Below are positions 18,054 through 27,154 of a DNA stretch of 64,000 nt, one piece after another. How positions within the stretch are numbered: position 1 is the first letter of the stretch; the number at the start of each line of letters is the position of its first letter. The stretch is from contig CALUEX010000050.1 of NCBI GenBank assembly GCA_944319815.1, positions 13,372 through 77,371 of the forward strand, in the 5' to 3' direction. Source of the stretch: an uncultured Prevotella sp. (GTDB taxonomy: Bacteria; Bacteroidota; Bacteroidia; Bacteroidales; Bacteroidaceae). Under the pieces are notes generated by a model, which saw only the letters and a program-made list of their open reading frames with translations, made no database searches and was not told where the DNA came from. A program made the translations under genes and the position numbers.

Positions 18054-19820
18054 ATGAAAAAACGTACACTGGGAATTATCACGTATGCAGTCGTAGTCGC
18101 AACAACAATTATCTGCGCAACGTCGTGTACGTCTACTGTAACCAAACACAACATAGCCACCGCCGACAGCATCGTCAATGTTAACCCCAAAGCTGCCCTT
18201 GCTTTTATTGACAGCGTAACCGGGAGCGGCGACCTCAGTCGTGCCTCTAAAATGAAATTCGCGCTACTGAAAGCCAAGGCACGCAACAAGCTATACCTAC
18301 CAGCAGACACCGCCATGCTGGAAACTCTCGCCGAATATTACGACAACCACGGCACGGCCAACGACCGTATGCTCACTCAATACATCATCGGGTGCTCGTA
18401 CATCGACAGAAACGATGCACCGCGGGCATTGCAAAGTTTCCAAGACGCTATTGAAATGGCAGACACGACGGATACCGAATGCGACTATGGGACATTAAGC
18501 CGCATCTATTCACAGATGAGCAATATCCTAAACGACGAAATGTCTTTTACCTATGCATTAGAAGCCGGTAAAAAGTCCATAAGATATGCATTGGCGGCCA
18601 AAGACACGTTCAACGCCATATCAGGATACAGTTATCTGACGGCAAGTTATTATTTCACCCAACCTGACTCCGTACTGTCTGTTAACTTAAAGGCAGCTGA
18701 GATGTATAAAGAGCATGGATACATACAAGACGCAGCAGCCACATACGGCATTCCTATATTCCTCTTGATTGAAAAAGGAAAATTAAAGGAAGCCAAACCA
18801 TACATGGACTTATATGAAACATATTCAGGGATTTATGACAGCAAGACCAAAACGACCAAAAAAGGCCATGAAATATATTACTATGTAAAAGGTATGTATT
18901 ATGTGCTAACGCACAATCTTGATTCTGCCGAGTATTTTGCAAGAAAAGAATTACGTACAACTTCCGACTTCGACAACCGCCAAGGTGCGGCAAAGTGTCT
19001 TTACATGATTTATAAGAAGAAAAGACAAACGGACTCAATAATTAAATATGCCGAAATGTGGAATGCCGCAACAGACTCTGCGTATGCAAATATGTCAACT
19101 ACACACTTGCAGCAGATGAGAGCTAAATACGACTATAGCCAAAGCGAACGAATAGCTGAACGGAATGCCGCTGAAGCTACACGTATGAAACTGTTGGCCG
19201 CCATATTCGTATTGGCTTTGGTGCTTTCACTGTTTTTCATTCTTTTCATTATGCAAAAGCGCAAGAAAGACGCCGCAATAGCAAAACAGCTTAATGCGAA
19301 AAATGCCTTATATCTTTTACTCTTGGACAAGAAAGAGAAAGAATTGCGCGAAGCCCAAAACGCCAAGCAGGTCAATGAAATATTAATAAAAGAAAAAGTG
19401 GCAGAAGTCAAGAACCTGCAGGATAAGTTGTCAGAATTGCACGGACTATCTATAGAAACTGATATAGACCGTGACAAAAACATCCATGAGGCGGCAATAA
19501 CATACCACCTGCATGAACTCGCAAGCTCTGGCTGCAAAGCTAAACAAAGCGACATTGACGAACTGCAAAAACTTTTTGAAACCAATATGCAACATTTCAT
19601 AGCCGCCTTAAACAAATACAACAGGCTTAATAAAACGGAAACTACAATATGTTGCTTGGTAAAGCTGAACTTCATACCGTCAGAAATAGGGTGCTTGCTA
19701 AACATATCGCCACAAAACCTTACTAACATCCGTAAAAGGTTAAATAAAAAAATATTCGGTGTTGACGGTGGCGCAAAAGATTTAGACTATAAAGTCAGAA
19801 AATTACTTCCAAACGACTAA
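18054..19820 (+). CDS. Membrane-anchored TPR-like sensor with C-terminal HTH (one-component regulator)
   Basis: Signal/lipobox-like IICATSC; helical TPR-like periplasmic region; TM LLAAIFVLALVLSLFFILFIM; coiled coil; LNKTETTICCLVKLNFIPSEIGCLLNISPQNLTNIRKRL LuxR-like HTH; start ATG 18054. Confidence 0.78.
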   Translation: MKKRTLGIITYAVVVATTIICATSCTSTVTKHNIATADSIVNVNPKAALAFIDSVTGSGDLSRASKMKFALLKAKARNKLYLPADTAMLETLAEYYDNHGTANDRMLTQYIIGCSYIDRNDAPRALQSFQDAIEMADTTDTECDYGTLSRIYSQMSNILNDEMSFTYALEAGKKSIRYALAAKDTFNAISGYSYLTASYYFTQPDSVLSVNLKAAEMYKEHGYIQDAAATYGIPIFLLIEKGKLKEAKPYMDLYETYSGIYDSKTKTTKKGHEIYYYVKGMYYVLTHNLDSAEYFARKELRTTSDFDNRQGAAKCLYMIYKKKRQTDSIIKYAEMWNAATDSAYANMSTTHLQQMRAKYDYSQSERIAERNAAEATRMKLLAAIFVLALVLSLFFILFIMQKRKKDAAIAKQLNAKNALYLLLLDKKEKELREAQNAKQVNEILIKEKVAEVKNLQDKLSELHGLSIETDIDRDKNIHEAAITYHLHELASSGCKAKQSDIDELQKLFETNMQHFIAALNKYNRLNKTETTICCLVKLNFIPSEIGCLLNISPQNLTNIRKRLNKKIFGVDGGAKDLDYKVRKLLPND

Positions 19821-19993
19821 GGATAAACATAATCACGCCATTATGTGTAAAAAGTGTAAAATGCTTGTAAGTGCGTGATAATAACGACATTATGCAGTTT
19901 TTGTGTAAAATGTGTATTTGTTAAAGTGCCAAGAAATGTTTTAAGCCACAACTTTATCACATATCTTTGCAACAAATCAAAACACAAATTACC

Positions 19994-20386
19994 ATGAAAA
20001 AAGCGTTATTATCAGTTTCATTTTTAATATTGTCATTCACGGCAAGCAATGCTTGTCAAGTCAATGCGACATGGCAACTGGAGTTACCAAACTATATAAA
20101 TTTGGAATTGCGTATTCTTGCCATACCTCCTGAGGGTACTATAAATGAACCGCGACGTGCCCCTATACGACGCCCGACGATAGGATATGACGGCAACACC
20201 TTATATTTATATGGGCAATTCGGTGACTTAACGCTTCTGTTGCTTAACAACGGAGCGGAAGAATATACAACAGTTGTACCTGCCGGCGCAAACGAAGTGG
20301 CACTACCAAATTACACACCAGGCATATACGAATTGCAAATGAACGACGGCAGGTATATCTATACTTGCGAAATAGAAATAGAATAA
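19994..20386 (+). CDS. Secreted DUF3244-like immunoglobulin-fold protein
   Basis: Signal peptide MKKALLSVSFLILSFTASNA; RAPIRRP, then LP...GIYELQM.DGRYIYTCEIEIE tail typical of DUF3244 proteins; follows a TPR regulator. Confidence 0.6.
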   Translation: MKKALLSVSFLILSFTASNACQVNATWQLELPNYINLELRILAIPPEGTINEPRRAPIRRPTIGYDGNTLYLYGQFGDLTLLLLNNGAEEYTTVVPAGANEVALPNYTPGIYELQMNDGRYIYTCEIEIE

Positions 20387-20545
20387 AAGAATTTTATTAC
20401 CTTAATAATATTAAGAAGAAAAAGCACCATGACAATACTGCAACGGCAAAGGGACGGGAATAGCTGACGACCTAACCCGCTGCATATTGTGGAAGCGAAA
20501 AAACTAATAACTTCCGTGCAAAAAGCTCTCCAGAGCAAAGACAGC

Positions 20546-20553
20546 TATATTTG
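20546..20553 (+). promoter_or_regulatory. -7 promoter element for the precursor gene
   Basis: TATATTTG 47 nt upstream of the precursor ATG; no clear -33 TTTG. Confidence 0.45.
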
Positions 20554-20600
20554 CCGAGGTCGAGTTTTAGTCAATGTAGAACTACAAAAACTGTAGAATT

Positions 20601-20804
20601 ATGAAAACAAAAGAAAAATTTGACATTGAGACCATCGTTTCGAATGATGTGCTTGACATAAACCTCATGAGCCAAGTGTTAGGTGGCGTGTCACCTGGTA
20701 ACTTGACTTGTCTTGAACTCTGCATCAGAAATTGCAATGGTTTTAAGTGTTCACTTTGTTCAACATTATGTATTGATAATTGTAGTGGAGTTATCTACGT
20801 TTAA
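20601..20804 (+). CDS. RiPP precursor peptide: double-glycine leader plus 38-aa 7-Cys core
   Basis: Leader ends LDINLMSQVLGG (hydrophobic at -12, -7, -4); core VSPGNLTCLELCIRNCNGFKCSLCSTLCIDNCSGVIYV; adjacent to rSAM and a C39 exporter. Confidence 0.88.
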   Translation: MKTKEKFDIETIVSNDVLDINLMSQVLGGVSPGNLTCLELCIRNCNGFKCSLCSTLCIDNCSGVIYV

Positions 20805-20824
20805 TTCTAAGATGTAACAACCAG

Positions 20825-20880
20825 CCACTAAAACTACTTTACAATTTGTTAAACAATAAAGATTTAAGTAGTTTTAGTGG
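20825..20880 (+). promoter_or_regulatory. Intercistronic stem-loop after the precursor gene
   Basis: Perfect 15-bp IR CCACTAAAACTACTT / AAGTAGTTTTAGTGG with no poly-U tail. Confidence 0.6.
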
Positions 20881-20906
20881 TTAACGTCATTAAAAAATTA
20901 TAAATT

Positions 20907-22241
20907 ATGAATACACTACGAAAATCACGCTATTGTTTCTTAATCAAAAGGGACAATATTTGCTTGGCATACACATCATCAACTAACAGTTTCTATAAAA
21001 TAAACGATTATGTTGCAGACTTAATCGAAAATACGAATATGGCGGTTTGCGACACGGATAGCTGTGAAAACAGTGAAGAAATAAAATCGCTCCACAACCT
21101 TAAACTACTCACCACTGAAGCTGAAGACAACGACGTGGTAGACCTACTGCGGATGAAATTCTTAATGCATTCATATTCAAAAGAGGATATAGCTGTCACG
21201 ATTTGCCCAACATTGTCGTGCAACCTTAGATGCCCATATTGCTTTGAAAAGAACAAGAAACAAGGCTTTATGGATGAGAAAACCTGCGATGCCGTAATTG
21301 ATTTCATCAACAGCCACACTTATGCCAAAACCCTATCACTGAATTGGTATGGCGGAGAGCCATTGCTCTGCACAAACACGATAAGATATTTCCTGACAAA
21401 GCTATCTGACATAAAAGATATTAAACTTGTTTCACATGGAATGGTAACAAACGCCACGCTATTGAAGGACGAAAACCTCGAATTGTTCAAGGAATATCCA
21501 TTAAACTCAATACAAGTCACATTTGACGGCATTAAATCTACCCACGACACAAAAAGAATATATGCTGACGGACGAGGCTCGTATGATGAGATAGTCAAAA
21601 ACCTTAAAAACTTCGTTGAATATTATCCTGAAACATTTGTTTCCATAAGAGTAAACATTGATAAAAACAATGCAAACCAGTTCATGACAATATATGAGAC
21701 CATCAAAGGATTGTTTCCCGACAAGAAAAACATCATAGTATATCCTGGAATAATAAAAGATTGTGGAATAAGGAAGTCTAATTCACCAATATTGATGAAT
21801 GAAGATATTGTAAGGATAAATGAGCAATTTACAAAAAGAGGCTATCCGTTAAAATTTCCGCACACGGTAGAATCAGGATGCTGTGCAAATTGCTTGTCAA
21901 GCTACATCATAGGTCCACAAGGTGAAATATACAAATGCTGGGAAGACGTAGGCTGCGACACATGCGTTATCGGCAACATCTATGACAAGAAATATACCAA
22001 TATGCCGTTGCTTGCTAAATATATGCTATATGGTTCACACATTCTCGAGAATGAATGCAAAGAATGTCCTCTTATACCCATTTGCTCAAACGACTGCGCT
22101 CATAATCGAATTAACAATAAGTTCGCAAATACGGAATACGAATTATGTAGTATTTATAAAAACAACGATTTCTCAGCATTAAATACACTACTTTACAATT
22201 TTTATTGTAAATTTGTAACAAACAAAGCAAACCAACAATGA
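20907..22241 (+). CDS. Radical SAM/SPASM peptide maturase
   Basis: CNLRCPYC (CX3CX2C), WYGGEPLL, SPASM GC...GEIYKCW...CKECPLIPICSNDC-X16-C; ~70-aa N-terminal extension that may be an RRE. Confidence 0.92.
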   Translation: MNTLRKSRYCFLIKRDNICLAYTSSTNSFYKINDYVADLIENTNMAVCDTDSCENSEEIKSLHNLKLLTTEAEDNDVVDLLRMKFLMHSYSKEDIAVTICPTLSCNLRCPYCFEKNKKQGFMDEKTCDAVIDFINSHTYAKTLSLNWYGGEPLLCTNTIRYFLTKLSDIKDIKLVSHGMVTNATLLKDENLELFKEYPLNSIQVTFDGIKSTHDTKRIYADGRGSYDEIVKNLKNFVEYYPETFVSIRVNIDKNNANQFMTIYETIKGLFPDKKNIIVYPGIIKDCGIRKSNSPILMNEDIVRINEQFTKRGYPLKFPHTVESGCCANCLSSYIIGPQGEIYKCWEDVGCDTCVIGNIYDKKYTNMPLLAKYMLYGSHILENECKECPLIPICSNDCAHNRINNKFANTEYELCSIYKNNDFSALNTLLYNFYCKFVTNKANQQ

Positions 22242-24541
22242 AAAGCACCACTTTGAAAGACACTATGCTATTAGTCTTATGCACTTTTGCTTTGTTACCG
22301 ACCGCCAATGTCTACGCACAGCAACAAGGCAAGGCAAAGGTTTCAGGAATCATATCTGATACCAAAGGAAAGACCTTGTCTGGCGTATCGATACTCGTCA
22401 AGACTGGGAGCGAGACTTTCGGTAACGTATCAAACGAGGATGGTGTGTATGAAGTCACGTTTACGAAAGTCGATACAGTTAGCGTGACGTTCAGCCATGT
22501 TGGTTATAACAGCTTCAGCTTTGTAGCTGGCGGAACGAAAGACATAAAAAGAAACGTGACGCTCGCAAGAAACGGGATAATGCTAAGCGGTGTAACCGTA
22601 GAAGCGCCAAGCGTGATAATAGGCGACCATGTAACATACATACCGACCAAACAACAAGTGAATGGCGCAAATTCGGGCATAGGTCTGCTGTTTAACCTTA
22701 TGATACCGCAAATAGACGTGAACCCTGTAACTGGTGAAATAAAGACCTCTGACAACTCTTCTTTCGCGCTAAGCATTGACGGTAGGCAAGCCTCCGTGCA
22801 AGAAATTAACCGATTAAGACCCAAGGATGTGGAGCGTGTGGAACTACACGAGAATCCACAGGGAATGTTTGCAACCGTTGACAAAGTGGTAAACTATGTT
22901 ACAAAGAAGTATGAAAGTGGAGGCTATGTTGACGTTAGAACTAATACACACTTATTGTATCCAAACGGTGAATATACAGCACAGGCGAGCTTTGACCGAA
23001 AAAATGTTAACTTACTTGCCATTATTGGCACAGGGTTCGATAACGACAACTTATCCGGCTCGCGAACAACAGAATTGTTCAACTTGAATCCTGCATTTAC
23101 AAAATATTCATATACAAACGCCTCCGATGTAAAAAAACGTTTTGACGTAGGCCTACTGCAACTTAGCGTGAGGGGCAAGCGTTCGATGTTCATGGCTCAG
23201 GGACTAATAAGATGGAACGAAACACCCAAGAACCTAACAGGAATGCAAGTGGAATATTCAAACAATGTACACCCTATGACAAATGCGTTAAACAATGTTT
23301 ATTCAAAGAATCTCTCGCCATCTATAAACCTGTATCACCAGATACAAATAAACAACAAGCAACAAATAGTATGGAACGCTAAATACGATTATGCAAGAAA
23401 TAGTTACAGGCGCAACTATATAGAGACCACCACACCCATCACCAGTGATGTGACGGAAAACTATAATACATTAAATGCAACAATAAACTATAACTTGGCA
23501 TTCAACAACAACCAACTAAGCCTATTGCTGTGGAATGTCTACAATGCAAGCAATGCCGACTATAGAGGCACTGTGCAAAGCAACCAGGACTTATCTACGT
23601 ATGACCTATTGTTTTACCCGACATACACCCACAAATTCGGCAAGGCTCTAACTGTAAGTCTACAACTCGGTTTTGACCTAAACACGTACAAAGTGAATGA
23701 AGAAAAGCGAGTAACGAAGATATGGCCAAGGCCGAGAATTAACGCGAACATGATGTTGGGCAAGTCAAGCTACACTACGTTCATGTGGGGCTTGGGTACA
23801 GTCACACCACAGCTCTCGATGCTGAATAGTGCCGAACAGTACGTTTCCGAATATATGATAATGCGTGGCAACCCCAACCTTGGTACTGGAAAGGTGATGA
23901 ACGGCTATATGTCGTATAACAAGGGCTGGAAAAACGTCAACCTGTCAGCATATCTTTATTATAATGGAGTCCTTGACATCGGCAACAACTACTACCTGAC
24001 AGAAAATAATAAGATAATCCAAACGTTCATGACTAACGGCAATTACCATCACTACCAATTGGGCATCAACTGTATGTTCAACCTTCTCAAGAGGAATTTG
24101 CATTTGAAATTGACCGCCGCGTTCGACAACTTTAACCAAACTGGAATATACCATGAAAACCTACACGAACCAGTATTCACCGCCGACCTGTACTATAATA
24201 TCGGTAAATTTAGCCTTGCCGCATACTATAAAACACCGAGAAAGAGGCTTCACGATACGCCGATATACGACAAAGAAAAATGCAATTATGGACTTACGGC
24301 ATCGTGGGGACATCGCGGATGGTTCGTGCAAGTTGGTTGCCAACGTATCTTCGACAACCACGGCTACGGCAGAAGCTACTACGACTATGGATGCTACAAG
24401 CTCAACCAAGCTATCTTCAACAACAACACAGGACACATTGCGTACATCAACCTGTCTTACAGTTTCGATTTCGGACGTAAGGTTGAGCGTCAAAACATTA
24501 ATCTAAACCAGGGCAATGGGTCTGGAATACTGCATCCATAA
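22238..24541 (+). CDS. Outer-membrane beta-barrel protein (TonB-dependent-receptor-like) with carboxypeptidase-regulatory-like N-domain
   Basis: Signal peptide; VSGIISDTKGKTLSGVSI..FSHVGY domain; plug-like IDGRQAS..INRLRPKDVERVE; amphipathic strands ending YINLSYSFDFG; ATGA overlap with the rSAM stop. Confidence 0.8.
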   Translation: MKSTTLKDTMLLVLCTFALLPTANVYAQQQGKAKVSGIISDTKGKTLSGVSILVKTGSETFGNVSNEDGVYEVTFTKVDTVSVTFSHVGYNSFSFVAGGTKDIKRNVTLARNGIMLSGVTVEAPSVIIGDHVTYIPTKQQVNGANSGIGLLFNLMIPQIDVNPVTGEIKTSDNSSFALSIDGRQASVQEINRLRPKDVERVELHENPQGMFATVDKVVNYVTKKYESGGYVDVRTNTHLLYPNGEYTAQASFDRKNVNLLAIIGTGFDNDNLSGSRTTELFNLNPAFTKYSYTNASDVKKRFDVGLLQLSVRGKRSMFMAQGLIRWNETPKNLTGMQVEYSNNVHPMTNALNNVYSKNLSPSINLYHQIQINNKQQIVWNAKYDYARNSYRRNYIETTTPITSDVTENYNTLNATINYNLAFNNNQLSLLLWNVYNASNADYRGTVQSNQDLSTYDLLFYPTYTHKFGKALTVSLQLGFDLNTYKVNEEKRVTKIWPRPRINANMMLGKSSYTTFMWGLGTVTPQLSMLNSAEQYVSEYMIMRGNPNLGTGKVMNGYMSYNKGWKNVNLSAYLYYNGVLDIGNNYYLTENNKIIQTFMTNGNYHHYQLGINCMFNLLKRNLHLKLTAAFDNFNQTGIYHENLHEPVFTADLYYNIGKFSLAAYYKTPRKRLHDTPIYDKEKCNYGLTASWGHRGWFVQVGCQRIFDNHGYGRSYYDYGCYKLNQAIFNNNTGHIAYINLSYSFDFGRKVERQNINLNQGNGSGILHP

Positions 24542-24572
24542 CGATACGTAACAATAACGAAACAAAACCAAG

Positions 24573-26771
24573 ATGCCGAAGTTCAAAACCTATATCCAGC
24601 ATGACTCCATGGAATGCGGCATAACGTGCCTACGCATGGTGTGCAGCTATTACGGCGTTGATTATAGCTCTGAATACTTGTCACGGCTGTGCTTCGCCAC
24701 TAACGAGGGCGTGTCGCTATTAGGGATGAGCGATGCGGCGGAACGGCTCGGGCTGCACACCGTATGCGGACGCTTGGGATTGGAACAGCTGCGCACCGTG
24801 CCCCTACCCTGCATCCTGCACTGGAACCAAAACCACTTCGTCGTACTATACCGCATAAGCAAAAACGGCAAGAAGTATTACATAGCCGACACGGGCAAAG
24901 GACTCGTGACACGTTCGGAAAAAGAGATGAAGGAATGCTGGATAAGCACACGCTCAAATGGAGAAGACAGGGGCGTGGCGATGCTGATAGAAACTACTCC
25001 CGCGTTTTACGACCGTATGAAACATTCAGGCAACGAAGGCGAGAGCCGCTCGTTCCGCTTCCTGTTCGGCTACCTAAAGAAATACAAGACGTACTTCGGG
25101 CAAATTGCCGTTGGACTGGCTTTAGGCTGCCTTCTGCAACTCGTATTGCCGTTCCTGACGCAAGCAATAGTTGACGTGGGCATAAAGAACAAGGACATTG
25201 GCTTTGTATGGCTCGTGTTGCTGGGGCAACTTATGCTGACGGTTAGCCGCACGGCGCTCGACTTCATACGCCGTTGGCTGTTGCTGCACATCAGCATGAG
25301 GGTGAACATATCACTGATAAGCGACTTCTTCATTAAACTTCTTAGGCTGCCGATGTCGTTTTTCGACACGAAGCTGATGGGCGACCTGATGCAAAGGATA
25401 AACGACCACACGAGGGTAAACAACTTCTTGACGGGGCAGACGCTCGGAGTTGCGTTCTCCATGCTTAGCCTCGTAGTCTTCGGCGCGGTGCTACTGATGT
25501 ACGACGCCGCGATATTTGCGATTTTCGTGGTAGGCAGTGCCGTTTATGCGTTGTGGATAACGATATTCCTCAAGCGGCGCAAGGTGCTTGATTATGAACT
25601 GTTCGAGCAACAGGCCATAAACAACAACAAAACTTACGAGTTTATCACCTCGATGCAGGAGATAAAGCTACAGGACTGTCGCCACCGTCGCCGCTGGGAA
25701 TGGGAGGACACGCAAGCCGACCTGTTCAACGTGCAGATGAAAAGCCTGAAACTGCAACAGGCCCAAGAGGCCGGGAGCATATTCATTAACGAGCTGAAGA
25801 ACATCGTAATCACCGTGGTGTCGGCCACGGCCGTAATCCACGGTGACTTGACTCTCGGAATGATGCTGGCCGTGCAATACATCATAGGCCAGCTTAATGC
25901 TCCGGTAGAACAGTTGATGAGTTTCTTCTACTCGCTGCAGGACGTAAAGATAAGCCTTGAACGCATAAACGAGATACACAAGGCGAAAGACGAGAACGCC
26001 GGCGGACACGACATGATGCCGCAGCCACAACCGCAAACTATAAGATTAGAGAATGTCAGCTTCATGTATGACCCGCATTCGCCGTGGAAAACTATTGACG
26101 GCGTGAACATAGAGATACCGAAAGGCAAGGTGACGGCCATAGTTGGAGCGTCGGGCAGCGGGAAAACAACATTGATAAAGCTGATGCTGGGATATTATCC
26201 CGTAAGCGAAGGGCGCATAACCATTGGCGGAACTGACATTGCAAGGCTGAACCTTGACGAATGGCGCAGACGGTGCGGAGTGGTGATGCAGGACGGCATC
26301 ATATTCTCGGAGTCAATCGCGAGGAACATTGCCGTTGACGACAACGACATTGACAAGGAGCGTATGGCAAAAGCCGCAGAAACGGCTTGCATCAAAGACT
26401 ACGTGATGAGCTTGCCGCTGAAGTTCAACACGAAAATCGGCCATGACGGGAACGGCCTGAGCCAAGGGCAGAAGCAGAGAATACTGATAGCCAGGGCGGT
26501 GTACAAGGCTCCAGACTTCATCTTCCTTGACGAGGCCACCAACTCGCTTGATGCTAACAACGAGAGAAAGATTGTGGATAATCTTGACAGCTTCTATAAA
26601 GGTCGCACGGTAATAATAGTTGCGCACAGGCTTAGCACTGTAAGGAATGCCGACCAGATAATAGTAATAGACAAAGGGCGCGTGGCGGAGACGGGCACGC
26701 ATGACAGCCTTACCTTACGCAAAGGGTTGTATTACGAATTGGTGAGAAACCAACTTGAACTTGGCGATTGA
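24573..26771 (+). CDS. Peptidase-containing ABC transporter (C39 PCAT)
   Basis: QHDSMECG catalytic Cys, LHWNQNHFVV His; TM domain; GASGSGKTT, LSQGQKQR, LDEATNSLD. Confidence 0.95.
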   Translation: MPKFKTYIQHDSMECGITCLRMVCSYYGVDYSSEYLSRLCFATNEGVSLLGMSDAAERLGLHTVCGRLGLEQLRTVPLPCILHWNQNHFVVLYRISKNGKKYYIADTGKGLVTRSEKEMKECWISTRSNGEDRGVAMLIETTPAFYDRMKHSGNEGESRSFRFLFGYLKKYKTYFGQIAVGLALGCLLQLVLPFLTQAIVDVGIKNKDIGFVWLVLLGQLMLTVSRTALDFIRRWLLLHISMRVNISLISDFFIKLLRLPMSFFDTKLMGDLMQRINDHTRVNNFLTGQTLGVAFSMLSLVVFGAVLLMYDAAIFAIFVVGSAVYALWITIFLKRRKVLDYELFEQQAINNNKTYEFITSMQEIKLQDCRHRRRWEWEDTQADLFNVQMKSLKLQQAQEAGSIFINELKNIVITVVSATAVIHGDLTLGMMLAVQYIIGQLNAPVEQLMSFFYSLQDVKISLERINEIHKAKDENAGGHDMMPQPQPQTIRLENVSFMYDPHSPWKTIDGVNIEIPKGKVTAIVGASGSGKTTLIKLMLGYYPVSEGRITIGGTDIARLNLDEWRRRCGVVMQDGIIFSESIARNIAVDDNDIDKERMAKAAETACIKDYVMSLPLKFNTKIGHDGNGLSQGQKQRILIARAVYKAPDFIFLDEATNSLDANNERKIVDNLDSFYKGRTVIIVAHRLSTVRNADQIIVIDKGRVAETGTHDSLTLRKGLYYELVRNQLELGD

Positions 26772-26873
26772 AACTGCATTGTCCGTATGTGCCTGAAACG
26801 TGAAACAACTTTGGAGCGTCGTGTTACGGCCAAATAAAAATCATCAAAACAACTAACATTAAAAAATCAAGCA

Positions 26874-27059
26874 ATGGACGGGAAAGACAATGTTGAATTG
26901 AGAAGTGAGAAAATGCGACATATTATAGGCGAAATCCCTCCAAAGTTGATTAGATTGGGAACAGCCATTACCGTGGCCGTTTGCATCTTGATAGGGGCGT
27001 GCCTTTGGTTTGTCAAAATAAACGGCGAACGCTTGTTTTCTCTAATTTTTAAGATATAA
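26874..27059 (+). CDS. 61-aa protein matching only the N-terminus (cytoplasmic helix plus TM) of HlyD-type adaptors; mini-adaptor or remnant
   Basis: VELRSEKMRHIIGEIPPKLIRLG then TM TAITVAVCILIGACLWFV, resembling the ELRSEE...PP..IRWG start of Bacteroidales HlyD proteins; stops soon after the TM. Confidence 0.6.
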   Translation: MDGKDNVELRSEKMRHIIGEIPPKLIRLGTAITVAVCILIGACLWFVKINGERLFSLIFKI

Positions 27060-27067
27060 CTTAAAAT

Positions 27068-27103
27068 ATAGGCACTATAAAATATTTTATTTATAGTGCC
27101 TAT
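27068..27103. terminator. Hairpin between the convergent RiPP locus and fcl
   Basis: ATAGGCACTATAA / TTATAGTGCCTAT 13-bp IR. Confidence 0.7.
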
Positions 27104-27154
27104 TGATGCGAATTAATCCTTTCGCGTTCCTACCTTACATTAACATATTTATGC

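Noticed and set aside
20430-20468. Short ORF MTILQRQRDGNS as a second precursor peptide
   Set aside because: 12 codons, no GG leader and no Cys; likely chance
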